This document shows positions 50,479-63,060 of a DNA stretch of 64,000 nt, one piece after another; positions within the stretch are counted from its first letter, which is position 1, and each line of letters begins with the position of its first letter. A program made the position numbers and the translations under genes. The stretch is from Octopus sinensis (Eukaryota), in contig NW_021832828.1 of NCBI RefSeq assembly GCF_006345805.1, positions 1-64,000 of the forward strand, read 5' to 3'. The notes under the pieces were generated by a model. It ran no database searches and was not told the origin of the DNA. It worked only from the letters and a program-made list of their open reading frames with translations.

Positions 50479-52355
50479 TATCCATTCTCCATGCTGGCAT
50501 GAGCTGGATGATTTGACAAGAGCTGGCAAGGCCAGGGACCACATCAGATCCCATAGTCTATTTTGACTTGGTTTCTACGGCTGGATGCCCTTCCAAACAT
50601 CAAACACTTCACAGAGAGTACTGGGAGCTTTTTTACATGGTACTAGCACAAATTCAGGTCATGTCAATATTGGAAGCAGCTCCTGTATCCAGAACTAAAA
50701 AAAATTTAAAAAACAGTGGCTGATGGTGCTAATAATAATAATGCTGATTTCTAGAAAGGTACATCACAAAGGCTTGCAAAATATGTGTCTTTCAGTTGCA
50801 TATTGTGCCAAAACTGGAATGAAAATTTTTTCTTTTTTTTTGGTTGAAAAATATTTCTCTAAAGTAGAAGACACAGCCAAGACATTTCCAGACATTAACT
50901 AAATTCCAGTTAATGAATAAGATAAGGGAAATTCAGTAATTACTCTGTATTTAGTCTTTAGTTCACTGTGACACTTTGATGAGGGGAAAAGCAAGGATAC
51001 ACAAAACAATATGCACTACAGGGGTTAAAACAAAACTACATTTATATACATACATATATATTTTTATCAATTATCGGCAGAAGTAACAGAGTGACTCAAG
51101 GGCTGAGAGATTTGTGCTTGGCACTTATCAAACTGGTTTCAAATCAAAGGTGTCTGTATTTTTATATTGGTGATAATGGGTTTTCCTTGGATTGTTCTAG
51201 AACAAATTATAAAATCAATTACAATGTCACAATGGATAATGTATATTTTCCAAATGGTTTGCTCATTAAGCCTTTCCATAATTAAATAAACAAATAGGGA
51301 AAATTTTAAGATATGTATACAAATATATGCATGCATTAATGAGAATGCCAGTATGTGTGAGTGCATGAACATGCATGCTGGAATATGAGTACATGCATGT
51401 GCACATATGCATATTCAAGTACATGCATACATATTCACCAGTACTCATTTATCTGTATGTATATATGCAATCATCATCATTATCATTTAATGTCTGTTGT
51501 CCATGCTGACATGGGTTGGACAGTGTAATCAGAGGTGGCAAGCTGGGAAGATGCACCATTGGCATGGTCTCAACAGCTCGATGCCCTTCCTAACACCAAC
51601 CACTTTACAGAGTGTGCTGGGTCCATTTACATAGCACCGCATGGGTGCTTCTTACATGGCACCACGTGGGCGCTTTTTCATGGCACCACATGGGCGCTTT
51701 TATGTGGAACTGCCATGGGTGCTTTGCACCTCCAGAATGATCGGTCTTAACACTTCTGCTAAGGAGTACAGGTCTTCTTGAGTATGGCCAGGAGCCAGAT
51801 ATCTTGGTCCTTTGACATCCTGCCCGAAAGGTTCAGCTTCCTGAGGTCATTCTTCAGTACTTCATCTGCATACATATCTTTAAATATCCCTTCTTTATTT
51901 ATTTACATATTCACTGAAGAGCATAATGAGCAAATCATTTGAAAAATATGCATTATGCACATGACACTAATTATTTTTATAATTTGTTCCTGAAAAATTC
52001 AGAGAAATACTATTATCATCGGTATATAAATTTACGAACCCTTAATTTAAAGCCAGTTTGTTAAGTTCCAATGCATGGAACTCAGCTTGAGTCACACTGT
52101 AACAGCCAATTATAAATTTTTAAAAACTGAATGTTTGGATATATATATATCAAATCATCTCTACAGGCTTTAGAATCATGAAGAAAAACCAAAATGACTG
52201 AGCACAACCAACAACGTAATAAAAGAAAATCAGATTCTAGGACTTATTTCCTATGTAAAAGACAGTCCAATTATTCACCACTACTCTTACATTATAATCA
52301 ATGAGTTAAAAACATTAAGTACATTATAATAATTTTATTTGCAGCTGTCATGGTT

Positions 52356-52943
52356 TTAACCCTTTCGTTACCAACCCAGCTGAAACTGCCTGTGGCTCTG
52401 TAGTACAAATGTCTTGTTTTCATGTTTTGAATTAAAATCTTCCACCAAACCTTAGTCACAATTTATGCTCCTAACACCAGCTTAATGATAACAAAGTTAT
52501 TTTACTAAATTCTTTGTTTCCATTGCTTTTGGCCTCTTGAGCCATTATAATAAAGACTAAATGTAATGTTATCACAATGTCTATTCCATGTACAATTTCA
52601 ATAGTTATCACAATGTCTTGGGCCCTTGCAGTCAATAATAGAAATCGTTATTTTTATTATCAGTAGACTGGCAAAATTATTAAGGCATCAGACAAAATGC
52701 TTCACAGTACTTGTTCCAGCTGACTGATGTTGCCAAAGACTATCTTAAATATCTGAAGGAAATATATGCAGGTGGAAATGGGTACTGGGAAGTCCAGCAC
52801 AAATGCTTGTAACAGAATAGTCAGCAAAGGTCACAGGCACAGCATCCTTCTTCCCTCACTAACAGATTTTTAATAAAATGTTCTAAAATGTTTAATTGAA
52901 AGAAATACAGAACATCTCAGAAATACGGTAACAAAAGGGTTAA
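52356..52943. mobile_element. piggyBac-like MITE carrying a captured 377-bp insert
   Basis: TTAA-CCCTTTCGTTAC ... GTAACAAAAGGG-TTAA. An insert-free copy lies at 60597-60825. Confidence 0.9.
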
Positions 52944-54641
52944 AGAACTTTTATTGCAAAAACCCTACAAAGTTCTTCCAAAACTTGATTCAATTCAATC
53001 ACATTATTCAGCTGACTGAATTTTTTTTTTTTTTGTTCTAAACTTTTGATAGAATATTTCTAAAATGCATTTCCCAATCACTGTATCAATACCATCCCTC
53101 TATGATTGATAAAATTAAGAACCAGCTAAGAACTGAGGTCAATTCTATTGACTACTCCCTCCTTCGAACTTCAGATTTTGTACTTATGCTAAAAGCAAGA
53201 TTATTATTATTATTATTATTATGGAATATGGACATTAAATGGTGGTTATGAATTTGGTAAAATAACTTAGTCATTATTAATCTGGTACTTGGAACATAAA
53301 CTTGAAATTTTGATGAATGGTTCTAATTTGGATCACATTACAACAGAAAATTTGTATCACAGAACTAGGTCGCAATTTTAGATGGGTTAGCATAATGAGT
53401 GGAAACACTCACTGAAAATAAATTGAAAAGCATTCTTAATCATATTTGCTGATTGTTATCACTTTATTACAATTTTGAGATGTGTCATTTTGTATATAAA
53501 AAAAGAAGATAGAAAGAGATGCGCAAAGTTACTATTAGTTACTGTAGCGAGGTATACAACAGTTTGGTCTAAATTTTAACTACAATAACAAAATATAATC
53601 AAAGCCAGACTTACAAACCAAAAGACAGGCAACAAAAATAAAAAGTCAGCAAAAAAAACAGGGCAAATAATATATATATATCAAAACAAAAAATTCATTC
53701 TGGCAATACATATTTAAGTAAAACCAATCTGAATATTTTCTGACACCTCAAGAACATTCCAGGAAGCCTAATTAACCCTGGCTGTGTGGTGGTTAAGAAG
53801 TCTGTTTCCAACTGCATGGTTTCAAGTCCAGCCCCACTGCTGGCACCTAGGGTGAGTGTCTCCTACTTAAAGCCCCAAGACAACCAAAGCTTTGTAAGTT
53901 ATTTCAGGAGACAGAAACTGAAATAAAACCTGTTTTATATGTATACATATATATATATATATGGTCAATAATATACAAGCATCATTTAACATTCATTTTC
54001 CATGCTGGCATGGTTTGGACAGTTTTACAGGGGCTGGCCAGTTGAAGAGCTGCCCAGGCTTCTTATTTGTTTTGGCATGGTTTCTAGAACTGGATGCCCT
54101 TCCTAATGCCAAATAATATATATGTGTATATAGAAATATATCATCATCATCATCGTTTAATGTCCACCTTCTATGATGGCATGGGTTGGGTAGTTTGACA
54201 GGAGCTGGCCTAGTAGGAGCCTGCACCAGACTTCTTTGGAAGGGATTTTGGGATTTTACAGCTTGATGCCTTTCCTAACACCAACCACCCAGCATAGTGG
54301 ACTGAGTACTTTTTACATAGCACAAGCATGGAGGAGGTCAGTGTTGCCAAGGTCTTTACAACCACTTTACAGTATGGAGTGAATGCTTTTTAACGTGGCA
54401 CACACACACATATATATATATATTATCAACCATACATCCTCAATGTGTGTGCTTTGCTAGTTCACCAGTAGGCTGAGGGAGTCACCCCCACTGCACTAAA
54501 CTGCAGCCTACCGGTGAACTAGGAAAGCACATACATTGACTATGTGTGTTCAATAATGTTTTGTGTGTAAATATATGTATGGCCATTGCTGGTGTCATTT
54601 AATGACACTCATGAAATTGTAATCATGGCCTTGCCAGCAAA

Positions 54642-57109
54642 ATGATCTTTGAATGTTGGGCCTCACAGAGGCAAGGAATGAGGTGGTGAAGCATGATCTT
54701 TGAATGTTGGGCCTCACAGAGGCAAGGAATGAGGTGGTGAAGCATGATCTTTGAATGTTGGGCCTCACAGAGGCAAGGAATGAGGTGGTGAAGCATGATC
54801 TTTGAATGTTGGGCCTCACAGAGGCAAGGAATGAGGTGGTGAAGCATGATCTTTGAATGTTGGGCCTCACAGAGGCAAGGAATGAGGTGGTGAAGCATGA
54901 TCTTTGAATGTTGGGCCTCACAGAGGCAAGGAATGAGGTGGTGAAGCATGATCTTTGAATGTTGGGCCTCACAGAGGCAAGGAATGAGGTAGTGAAGCAT
55001 GATCTTTGAATGTTGGGCCTCACAGAGGCAAGGAATGAGGTGGTGAAGCATGATCTTTGAATGTTGGCCTCACAGAGGCAAGGAATGAGGTGGTGAAGCA
55101 TGATCTTTGAATGTTGGGCCTCACAGAGGCAAGGAATGAGGTGGTGAAGCATGATCTTTGAATGTTGGGCCTCACAGAGGCAAGGAATGAGGTGGTGAAG
55201 CATGATCTTTGAATGTTGGGCCTCACAGAGGCAAGGAATGAGGTGGTGAAGCATGATCTTTGAATGTTGGGCCTCACAGAGGCAAGGAATGAGGTGGTGA
55301 AGCATGATCTTTGAATGTTGGGCCTCACAGAGGCAAGGAATGAGGTGGTGAAGCATGATCTTTGAATGTTGGGCCTCACAGAGGCAAGGAATGAGGTGGT
55401 GAAGCATGATCTTTGAATGTTGGGCCTCACAGAGGCAAGGAATGAGGTGGTGAAGCATGATCTTTGAATGTTGGGCCTCACAGAGGCAAGGAATGAGGTG
55501 GTGAAGCATGATCTTTGAATGTTGGGCCTCACAGAGGCAAGGAATGAGGTGGTGAAGCATGATCTTTGAATGTTGGGCCTCACAGAGGCAAGGAATGAGG
55601 TGGTGAAGCATGATCTTTGAATGTTGGGCCTCACAGAGGCAAGGAATGAGGTGGTGAAGCATGATCTTTGAATGTTGGGCCTCACAGAGGCAAGGAATGA
55701 GGTGGTGAAGCATGATCTTTGAATGTTGGGCCTCACAGAGGCAAGGAATGAGGTGGTGAAGCATGATCTTTGAATGTTGGGCCTCACAGAGGCAAGGAAT
55801 GAGGTGGTGAAGCATGATCTTTGAATGTTGGGCCTCACAAAGGCAAGGAATGAGGTGGTGAAGCATGATCTTTGAATGTTGGGCCTCACAGAGGCAAGGA
55901 ATGAGGTGGTGAAGCATGATCTTTGAATGTTGGGCCTCACAGAGGCAAGGAATGAGGTGTGTGAAGCATGATCTTGAATGTTGGGCCTCACAGAGGCAAG
56001 GAATGAGGTGGTGAAGCATGATCTTTGAATGTTGGGCCTCACAGAGGCAAGGAATGAGGTGGTGAAGCATGATCTTTGAATGTTGGGCCTCACAGAGGCA
56101 AGGAATGAGGTAGTGAAGCATGATCTTTGAATGTTGGGCCTCACAGAGGCAAGGAATGAGGTGGTGAAGCATGATCTTTGAATGTTGGGCCTCACAGAGG
56201 CAAGGAATGAGGTGGTGAAGCATGATCTTTGAATGTTGGGCCTCACAGAGGCAAGGAATGAGGTGGTGAAGCATGATCTTTGAATGTTGGGCCTCACAGA
56301 GGCAAGGAATGAGGTGGTGAAGCATGATCTTTGAATGTTGGGCCTCACAGAGGCAAGGAATGAGGTGGTGAAGCATGATCATTGAATGTTGGGCCTCACA
56401 GAGGCAAGGAATGAGGTGGTGAAGCATGATCTTTGAATGTGGGCCTCACAGAGGCAAGGAATGAGGTGGTGAAGCATGATCATTGAATGTTGGGCCTCAC
56501 AGAGGCAAGGAATGAAGTGGTGAAGCATGATCTTTGAATGTTGGGCCTCACAGAGGCAAGGAATGAGGTGGTGAAGCATGATCTTTGAATGTTGGGCCTC
56601 ACAGAGGCAAGGAATGAGGTGGTGAAGCATGATCTTTGAATGTTGGGCCTCACAGAGGCAAGGAATGAGGTGGTGAAGCATGATCTTGAATGTTGGGCCT
56701 CACAGAGGCAAGGAATGAGGTGGTGAAGCATGATCTTTGAATGTGGGCCTCACAGAGGCAAGGAATGAGGTGGTGAAGCATGATCTTTGAATGTTAGGCC
56801 TCACAGAGGCAAGGAATGAGGTGGTGAAGCATGATCTTTGAATGTTGGGCCTCACAGAGGCAAGGAATGAGGTGGTGAAGCATGATCTTTGAATGTTAGG
56901 CCTCACAGAGGCAAGGAATGAGGTGGTGAAGCATGATCTTTGAATGTTGGGCCTCACAGAGGCAAGGAATGAGGTGGTGAAGCATGATCTTTGAATGTTG
57001 GGCCCCACAGAGGCAAGGAATGAGGTGGTGAAGCATGATCTTTGAATGTTGGGCCTCACAGAGGCAAGGAATGAGGTGGTGAAGCATGATCTTTGAATGT
57101 TGGGCCTCA
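54642..57109 (+). repeat. 51-bp minisatellite, about 48 near-identical copies, derived from an RTE LINE C-terminal coding segment
   Basis: Unit CATGATCTTTGAATGTTGGGCCTCACAGAGGCAAGGAATGAGGTGGTGAAG. The plus frame reads EVVKHDL*MLGLTEARN and the right flank continues ...WQYAVIEKTYQAK*. Confidence 0.95.
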
Positions 57110-57758
57110 TAGACAAGTGACTGAATGTTAGGCTTGATGACAAGCAACTGAGACCATGGCAATATGCTGTGATTGAAAAGACTTATCAAGCCAAGTGAAA
57201 CCATAGTTGTCACCGTTACCAGTGTCATGCAAATGACACCCATGCCAGTGGCACGTAAAAGCATTCATTACACACTTGGTGTGGTTGGCATTAGGAGGGA
57301 CATCCAGCTGTAGAAACCATGCTAAATCAGACTGGAACCTGGTGCAGCTCTCTGGCTTTCCAGTTCCAGTCAAACTGTCTAACCCATGCCAGGATGGAAA
57401 GCAGACGTTAAATGCTGATGATGTGTCTATGTGTGTGTGTGGGTATATCTCTTTGTCTTGATATTGCGTGATAGCACTGTCATTCATTTCCAATATTTTG
57501 TGACAATGCTCGTGCCCGTCATCGAATTTCAAAATCAAAGTGAAATTCAATGATGGGCACAAGCACCATACGAGCGTGATTGTTGCCAGCCTCGCCTTAC
57601 TGGCACTTGTGCCCCTTGCTAGCAGGGTGCTAAGAGCACCATCTGAGCGTGATCGTTGCCCGAGCAGCTAACTGGCTTCCGTGCCGGTGGCATATTGGAG
57701 GCACCATACGAGCAGGATCGTTACCAGCATCGCCTTATTGGCACCTGTGTCGTTGGCA

Positions 57759-58202
57759 TGTGTAAAAAAAAATTCGAGCAAAGTCGTTGCCAGTACCGCC
57801 TGACTGGCCCATGTGTAAAAATTCAAGCGAGGTCATTGCCAGTATCGCCTGACTGGCCCATGTGTAAAAATTCGAGCGAGGTCATTGCCAGTATCGCCTG
57901 ACTGGCCAATGTGTAAAAATTTGAGCGAGGTCGTTGCCAGTACCGCCTGACTGGCTCATGTGTAAAAATTCGAGCGAGGTCGTTGCCAGTACTGCCTGAC
58001 TGGCCTATGTGTAAAAGTTCGAGCGAGGTCGTTGCCAGTATCGCCTGACTGGCCCATGTGTAAAAATTCGAGCGAGGTCGTTGCCAGTACCGCCTGACTG
58101 GCCTATGTTTAAAAATTCGAGTGAGGTCGTTGCCAGTATCGCCTGACTGGCCCATGTGTAAAAATTCGAGCGAGGTCGTTGCCAGTACCGCCTGACTGGC
58201 CC
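57759..58202 (+). repeat. 49-bp minisatellite, about 9 copies, inside an RTE-tail-related element (about 57540-58385)
   Basis: Unit TGTGTAAAAATTCGAGCGAGGTCGTTGCCAGTACCGCCTGACTGGCCCA. Confidence 0.9.
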
Positions 58203-58922
58203 CTGTGCCGGTGGCACGTAAAAGCACCCACTACACTCTCGGAGTGGTTGGCGTTAGGAAGGGCATCCAGCTGTAGAAACTCTGCCAGATCAAGACTGAA
58301 GCTTGGTGCAGCCATCTGGTTCGCCAGCCCACAGTCAAACTGTCCAACCCATGCTAGCATGGAAAGTGGACGTTAAACGACAATGATGATATCTGGCCAA
58401 TGAAAAGTATCACCTTGCTTGCAAACATGTAGGGCATTCAGCCATAAAAAATCTGTCTCAATAAACTCTGTCTGACCCATGAAAACATAGAAAAGTGGAT
58501 GGTAAAGTGAGGAGGATGATAATGATGACACACACAAACAGGCTTTGTACAATCTCCATCAACCAAATTTACTCACAAAAGCATGGGTTGGCTCAGAACT
58601 ATAAGAGAAATCACTAGCTTAAAGTAATGTGCATGGCTGAATTAGAAACACCTGACTGCAAAGCAAATTTGTTACCCATAAAACCATACAAGCATTTGCA
58701 TGTGAATGGGTGGGGGTGAAAGAGAGAGAGAAGAATTTATGAGCAAACAAGAAATATCTATTTAAACTTTATTCACACTATCTTGACATAACGATCTTTT
58801 GTGAAAGTGGTTACAAATAATTCCATATCACATCAGCTAATCAACACCAATTAAAAAAAGTTCTCAATATTTTCGCTACAGATATTCCCCTTATAAAAAC
58901 ATGTTTCGAAACCAGCACTTAC

Positions 58923-58965
58923 CTGAAAACCACGCTCAAAAAAGTAGCCAGGCTTGTAAGTATCC
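58923..58965 (-). other. Candidate 43-nt 5' UTR exon, possibly of CDK2AP1
   Basis: Acceptor TTTTGTTTTTCAG and consensus donor CAG|GTAAGT, in non-repeat sequence. Confidence 0.45.
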
Positions 58966-59236
58966 CTGAAAAACAAAAGATAATAGTAATGATTTCAAAT
59001 TTTGGCAAAAGGTCAGCAGCTCCAAGGGAAGGGATAAGTCACTTACATTGATTTCAGTGCTCAACTGGTACTTATTTTATTGACACCAAAAGGACGAAAG
59101 GTAAAGCCAACCTAAATGGCATTTGAACTCAGAACCATAAAGACAGACGAAACGCTGCTAAGCATTTTGCCCAGAATACGAACATTTCCGCCAGTTCACC
59201 ACCTTAATAATAATAATAATATAATAATAATAATAA

Positions 59237-59445
59237 TAAGAGAAATCCCAAAGTACTGCCCATGTCCTTAGAAAAACCCTATCAATTTAAATGCCTGTGT
59301 TGTATTACATGAAGCTATTTCGTTACTACCCTACCACTTTCCTTCCCCAGGCTTTCAGTCATACTATAACATCTCTTATCCTTCACTTGCCCCAGGACGC
59401 TAGGCAAGTGGTTGTAACAAACATACAGATTAAAAATGAATAAAC
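59237..59445 (+). mobile_element. R4/Dong-type LINE 3' end after (AAT)n
   Basis: TAHVLRKTLSI* motif and a terminal CACTTGCC...GGCAAGTG hairpin. Confidence 0.55.
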
Positions 59446-59470
59446 CGATTATAGCAGTGACTGCATCTAA

Positions 59471-59510
59471 GAATATCTGAAGAAGGAATATTATTCCGAA
59501 ATATCGTATC
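59471..59510 (+). ncRNA. Minimal type-I hammerhead ribozyme motif, probably from a Penelope-like element
   Basis: AATAT-CTGAAGA-A-GGAAT(ATT)ATTCC-GAAA-TA-TC|GTAT. The full core is present, with a 5-bp stem II, a palindromic ATAT stem III, a 4-bp stem I and an AUC cleavage triplet. Confidence 0.6.
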
Positions 59511-60596
59511 AGACTATGGATGACTAAATTACAACAGGTATACACAGACCATTGTCTGTATTATAGTGCATTGTTGTACTATTCAAAACTTTTTATTCTT
59601 TAATAATAATAATGATATCAAATTTTGGCATAAGGACAGCAATTTCTGAGAATAGGGTAAATCAATTACATTGACTCCAGCGCTCAACTGGTACTTATTT
59701 TATCAACTGTGAAAGGATGAAAAGCAATGTCAACCTCAGTGGAATTTGAACTCAGAACATGAAGATGGATAAAATACCACTAAGCATTTTGCCCAGCACG
59801 CTAACAATTCTGCCAATTTGCCACCTTAATACAAACATCAACAACCTTTTCATTACAGGTTCTTCTTAAATATACAATATTGGAGAAGCTTATTTCCAAT
59901 CTAAATCACATCTCACCTCACAGCCCATACTAAATACTCTTCCCGGTCCTTACTCTCCACTTGTGAAACCCACTGGAATTATAACTGCATTGTCTTCTAT
60001 TTGATGTTTGTCAAATACATCAATCAGGCACTCTGAAAACCTCATGGATACAGGTCCTCTTCACCTATTTAACATAAAGAGGAAGAGATAAACATATACA
60101 ATCCTCTTCACTATAAAATAGCCCAGCTGTGGAAAATGAAGAAGGTGAAGATAGTGGCAATTATTATTGGGTCTTTAGGGACGGTATCAGAAGGCATCAA
60201 GAGGAATATAAAGGAAATTGGAAGAGTGGCCAGTAGAACTGATACAAAAGGTTTGTCTCTTTGACACAGCTAGAATAATCAGGAAAGTATTACAAAGTTT
60301 AAAAGAACAAAAAACATGTTACCGCTACACACACAAGTCTCCAGGAGCTCCAACGGATCTTGAGTTAAAAAAAGAAAATAATAACAATGCTTTCTAATAA
60401 AGGCACAAAGCTTTAAATTTTGGGGGGAGGGCATAAGTCGATTACATCGACCCCCAGCATTCAACTGTAACTTATTTTATTGAAATGATGAAAGGCAAAG
60501 TTGACCTTGTCGGAACTTGAACTCAGAACACAAAGACAGATGAAATGCCACTAAGCATTTTGCTCGGCATGCTAATGATTCTGCCAGCTTGCCACC

Positions 60597-60825
60597 TTAA
60601 CCCTTTCGTTACTGTATTTATTTTGAGATGCTCTGTGTTTCTTCCAATTATTTTAAATATAAGAAAGAATTTAGTAAAATAACATCGTTATCATTGAGCT
60701 AGTGTTAGGAACATAAATTGTGACTAAGATTTGGTGGAAATTTTGAATTCAAAACTTATGAAAACAAGACATTTATACTAAAGAGCCAGAGCCGGTTTCA
60801 GCCGGGTTGGTAACAAAAGGGTTAA
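60597..60825. mobile_element. piggyBac-like MITE, insert-free copy in the opposite orientation to 52356
   Basis: TTAA TSD and CCCTTTCGTTAC / GTAACAAAAGGG termini. Its reverse complement is colinear with the 52356 copy. Confidence 0.88.
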
Positions 60826-61480
60826 TAATAATCTTTTAATATAATAAAATGCTTAGTATGTCCCTGTCAGCCATGCTGTACACCATAGGGAAAAAACAGT
60901 AAAACAACAAAGCTGGAGTGCGTGGCAGAGTGTGATGCAGGCGGACATGTAAAGGCTTTGCTCCCAAGACACTAGAGAAAGAAGAGTAAAACAACAAATG
61001 GAGTGGTAGTGAGTGACAGTCAGTATTTAAATGAAATTAAATTTTTATCGTAAATTATATTTAGCAATTTCATACGTCCCTGCAGTATACAACCGATACT
61101 GGTGTGTTTACGTCCTCGTAACTTAGCGGTTCGGCAAAAGAGACCGATAGAATAAGTACTAGGCTTACAAAGAATAAGTCCTGGGGGTCAATTTCCTTGA
61201 CTAAAGGTGGTGCTTCAGCATGGCTGCAGCCAAATGACTGAAACAAGTAAAAGAGTAAAAAGTACACACTCACACAAAGAGGCATTACATAGAATAAAAT
61301 TATTTCATCAATCTAAAAAATGTAAACAAACATGCACGTGCACACACATTCATTTGTATGCCCATGCATAGATGTACATGAATAGATATTTGTATGAGAA
61401 TATATCAGAGATACGTATATGTGGGCATGTGTGTAGATATATATGTACCTACCTATTTATCTCTCTATATATATATAAAT

Positions 61481-61836
61481 AGGAGCAGGAGTGGCAGTGG
61501 TAAGAAGCTTGCTTCCCAACCACTTGGTTCCGGGTTCAGTCCCACTGCACGACACCTTGGATAAGTGTCTTCTACTATAGCCTTAGGCCAAACAAAGCCT
61601 TGTAAGTGGATTTGGTAGACAGAAACTGAAAGAAGCCCGTCATGTATGTATTTGTGTGTCTGTGTTCGTCCCCTCACCATCGCTTCACAACAGTTATCCC
61701 TGTAACTTAGCAGTTCGGCAAAAGAGACCGATAGAATAAGTTCTAGGCTTACTAAGAATACATCCTAGAGTTGATTTGTTTGACTAAAGGCAGTGCCAAC
61801 ATGGCTGCAGTCAAATGACTGAAACAAGTAAAAGAG
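61481..61836 (+). mobile_element. Near full-length tRNA-derived SINE with a CORE-like central motif
   Basis: B box GGTTCAGTCCC and CACCTTGGATAAGTGTCTT, which resembles the CORE-SINE ACCTTGGGCAAGT motif. Confidence 0.8.
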
Positions 61837-63060
61837 ATATAGATAGATAGATTGATTTGTGTGTATGTATATATGTATTTATATGTATATACAAACATAC
61901 ATTATGTGGGTGATGTTTTCAACCGAGACGTTACATCTTATTCTTCAAGTACTTCAATTCTGCGTATGTACATATATTTACTAAACTTTTGGCAGTTATT
62001 AATAGTTTTCCTGTTGTGTTGATGTGCTATTTTCTATCATTAATAAAACTGTTGGCATTTTTGCCAACACGGGTATGCTACTAATAATAATAATAATACT
62101 TTCTAGTAAAGACACAAGGCCTGAAACCTTGTCAGAGGGGATAAGTCAATTACACTGACCCCAGTATTTCCCTGGTACTTAATTTATCAACCCCAAAAGA
62201 ATGAAAGATAAAGTCGAACTAAAAACATAATAACAACAACAATAATAATAAAAGGTTTCCCCTCTTTGCCTTCCAATTTCACATTTTGTAATCATTCAGT
62301 TCTCATTTTCCATTTACAACAATAGAACCTCATTATTTTAACATGCTCACATATTTCCTTGCTCCAGTGACATTGCAGCTAAGAGATCCGGTATCCTAAG
62401 ATCTGATCACACCACTTCTTCCCATACTTTCTTTGGGTTTCCTGGGCCTTACGTACTTTCCACTGTCAGCACACCACACCTTTATTCACTCAGTACTTCA
62501 CACCACATATCTATATGAGTAAAGAAATTCTATGTTGACTATGAATTCACCTCATGTTGAAATTAAAGGTAATGTATAAATAATGAAATATTAGCACCAA
62601 GCAGTGTTTAGGCATAAGCAAAGTTTAGGTTAGTTAAAATATGTTTGTGTCATATGTCAACTGCGAAAAGGCAAATTCCTTGTGGTTATTGTACTGTAGA
62701 GAAAATATTTCTCTTATGGTAAAAATGTGTGAAAACACCCTATTTGTTTAGTGTTTCCTTGCAATGAACTGACCACACAAGTCCACTCTGTTGCAAGGGT
62801 CAGATCTCTAATCTAAAGAAACCTTTCTTAATTTCTTCCCATTAACCAAAATGTCACTTAAAAGATGACCAAGCTTTTAAAAAAATGAACAACCATCAAG
62901 TCAATGAAACATCAGTATTGACCTTTGATGTGAAATACAGCACCAGACCTTACTCGGCTTCCAGAAATCTGGAAATACTGTGCAATACCATGTAATATAC
63001 TGTACCCCTACTAAAAAATATATATTAGAGACAGAGGCAGTATTAATATTAAGAGGTAAT

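Noticed and set aside
54642-57109. CRISPR-like array
   Set aside because: The units are contiguous with no unique spacers, there are no cas genes, and the context is eukaryotic.
54595-57143. 610-aa, 442-aa and shorter Cys/His-rich ORFs
   Set aside because: They are translations of the 51-bp (3n) minisatellite antisense to a LINE remnant. The frames switch at single-base indels and there is no gene context.
59320-59540. Plus-strand exon (CCCCAG acceptors, CAG|GTATAC donor)
   Set aside because: All frames are closed and the region is explained by a LINE 3' UTR plus the hammerhead-bearing repeat.
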